A stretch of DNA of 64,000 bases, taken from contig CAVXYC010000032.1 of the NCBI GenBank assembly GCA_963765765.1, positions 96,001 to 160,000 of the forward strand. The letters run 5' to 3'. Below the pieces are notes generated by a model that saw only the letters and a list, made by a program, of their open reading frames with translations, had not been told where the DNA came from and ran no database searches. The DNA is from an uncultured Chloroflexia bacterium. Lineage in GTDB: Bacteria; Chloroflexota; UBA6077; JACCZL01. This document shows positions 62,787-64,000 of the stretch, piece by piece. A program made the translations under genes and the position numbers. Position 1 is the stretch's first letter. Every line of letters starts with the position of its first letter.

Positions 62787-63119
62787 ATGGATCAAGAAAT
62801 CGATCGTACGCTCTCCGCGCTGGCGGATCCCACGCGGCGGGGCGTTATCCAACGACTGCGAGCGCGCCCACATCGGGCGGGTGAGCTTGCTGACTCGTTC
62901 TCGATGAGTCGACCCGCGATGAGCCGGCATCTGCGTGTTCTTCGGAAGGCGGGGTTGGTGGAAGAGGACGAGCTCGAGGACGACGCGCGCGTACGGCTCT
63001 ACCGACTGCGACACGAGCCATTCCTGGAGCTGCGCGCGTGGTTGGACGAGGTCGAGTCGTTCTGGGAAGACCAGCTCCAATCGTTCAAAGAGCACGTAGA
63101 GCGTCGACGGCCTTCATGA
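62787..63119 (+). CDS. ArsR/SmtB family regulator
   Basis: ALADPTRR, SRPAMSRHLRVL. Confidence 0.95.
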   Translation: MDQEIDRTLSALADPTRRGVIQRLRARPHRAGELADSFSMSRPAMSRHLRVLRKAGLVEEDELEDDARVRLYRLRHEPFLELRAWLDEVESFWEDQLQSFKEHVERRRPS

Positions 63120-63622
63120 GTGACGTCCGCACCGGTCCACCCGGTGATCGCGTGACCGTGTCGGTTCAAGTGGCCGTATCGACTGATATCGCCTTCAGCG
63201 CATTCACTGAAGATATCGATCTCTGGTGGCGGCGGGGATTGCCGTATCGTGCCGGCGGGCTCGGCGGCGTGCTGCATTTCGAACCCCAGGCCGGAGGGCG
63301 AATGTATGAAACCATCGAGTCGGAGACTGGAGCTCGCATTGTGGAGAGTGGACGCATCACCGCCTGGGAGCCGCCGCGCCGGCTTGCCTTCGAGTGGAGG
63401 GCCATCAACTTCGGTCCCAACGATCGCACGATGGTTGAAGTCACCTTTGAGCCACGCGGTCGCGGAACGCTTGTAACGCTACGCCACTCTGGCTGGAGCG
63501 CCATTCCGTCAGATCACCCGGTTCGCCACGGACAGGACGTCGCAGTCTTCATGCGCGGCATGGGCATGTGGTGGGGCGACTTGATGACCGGCTTTAGAGA
63601 GCACCTAACCAAGACCGCCTAA
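63116..63622 (+). CDS. SRPBCC/AHSA1 domain protein
   Basis: AFT..IDLWW, WEPPRRLAFEW, VEVTF, LRHSGW; ATGA overlap with arsR. Confidence 0.92.
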   Translation: MSDVRTGPPGDRVTVSVQVAVSTDIAFSAFTEDIDLWWRRGLPYRAGGLGGVLHFEPQAGGRMYETIESETGARIVESGRITAWEPPRRLAFEWRAINFGPNDRTMVEVTFEPRGRGTLVTLRHSGWSAIPSDHPVRHGQDVAVFMRGMGMWWGDLMTGFREHLTKTA

Positions 63623-63659
63623 ATGTCACCCCGAGTAGCCCTCCTCACTACAATTGCTG

Positions 63660-64000
63660 ATGCCCATGATTCTCCTGATCGTGTCCCTGTTTATCAGTTT
63701 GATGAGCCTGATGGATGCGCCGCCGGCAAGTGCTCAAAGCAGTGTCTATAACCTGGACTCGGCCTTACTTACGCTGGAGGACTTACCTGACGGTTGGCTT
63801 GCGAGTTTCCCTGGCGAGCAGGGCGCCTATACGACGACACGCTGCGGGCAGGACCTTACCGCTCTCTACCCAACGATCGCGCGCCAGTTCAAGCGATCCG
63901 ACCTGGGCCCCGGTCTGATACATGAGATCGTGATCGTGCCACCAGGCGAGGGTGAAGCAGTGATGGCTTCACAGCGTGAGCGATTAGGAGCATGTCCTGA
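63660..64000 (+). CDS. Partial secreted protein, PknH-extracellular-domain-like
   Basis: Frame open to the window end; signal peptide ending ASA, LLTLEDLPDGW, two Cys. Confidence 0.6.
   Translation, partial: MPMILLIVSLFISLMSLMDAPPASAQSSVYNLDSALLTLEDLPDGWLASFPGEQGAYTTTRCGQDLTALYPTIARQFKRSDLGPGLIHEIVIVPPGEGEAVMASQRERLGACP

Overview
GC-rich bacterial chromosomal segment, probably Chloroflexota (inferred from protein style; not verified). It holds about 60 genes. Housekeeping anchors are grpE-dnaK, gdhA, rpsT and a class A PBP. These sit among catabolic enzymes (TPP E1 alpha/beta, amidohydrolases, Rieske oxygenases, an MscR-like dehydrogenase), MFS/ABC exporters and three substrate-binding lipoproteins with no adjacent permease. 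Many otherwise intact genes carry 1-bp indels, which suggests long-read assembly error, so I reconstructed them across frames. True decay is also visible: an IS630 splitting a pseudo-receiver/RsbRD-N-like gene, a short IS256 relic in front of gdhA, a hicBA pair broken by a 17-bp duplication, and VapC, MBL-fold, TolB-like and Rieske fragments. Best candidates for novelty: (1) a mosaic island at 23-34.6 kb with a STAND-LuxR regulator, a candidate operator and Gly-rich/FN3/Ig-like secreted proteins; (2) a small alpha/beta domain fused to a degenerate DUF559 nuclease next to grpE-dnaK; (3) at least seven mutually unrelated REP/REPIN-like palindromes; (4) a candidate hsp20 RNA thermometer. I found no rRNA, tRNA or CRISPR array. 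All family calls come from motif recognition by eye; no database searches were run.
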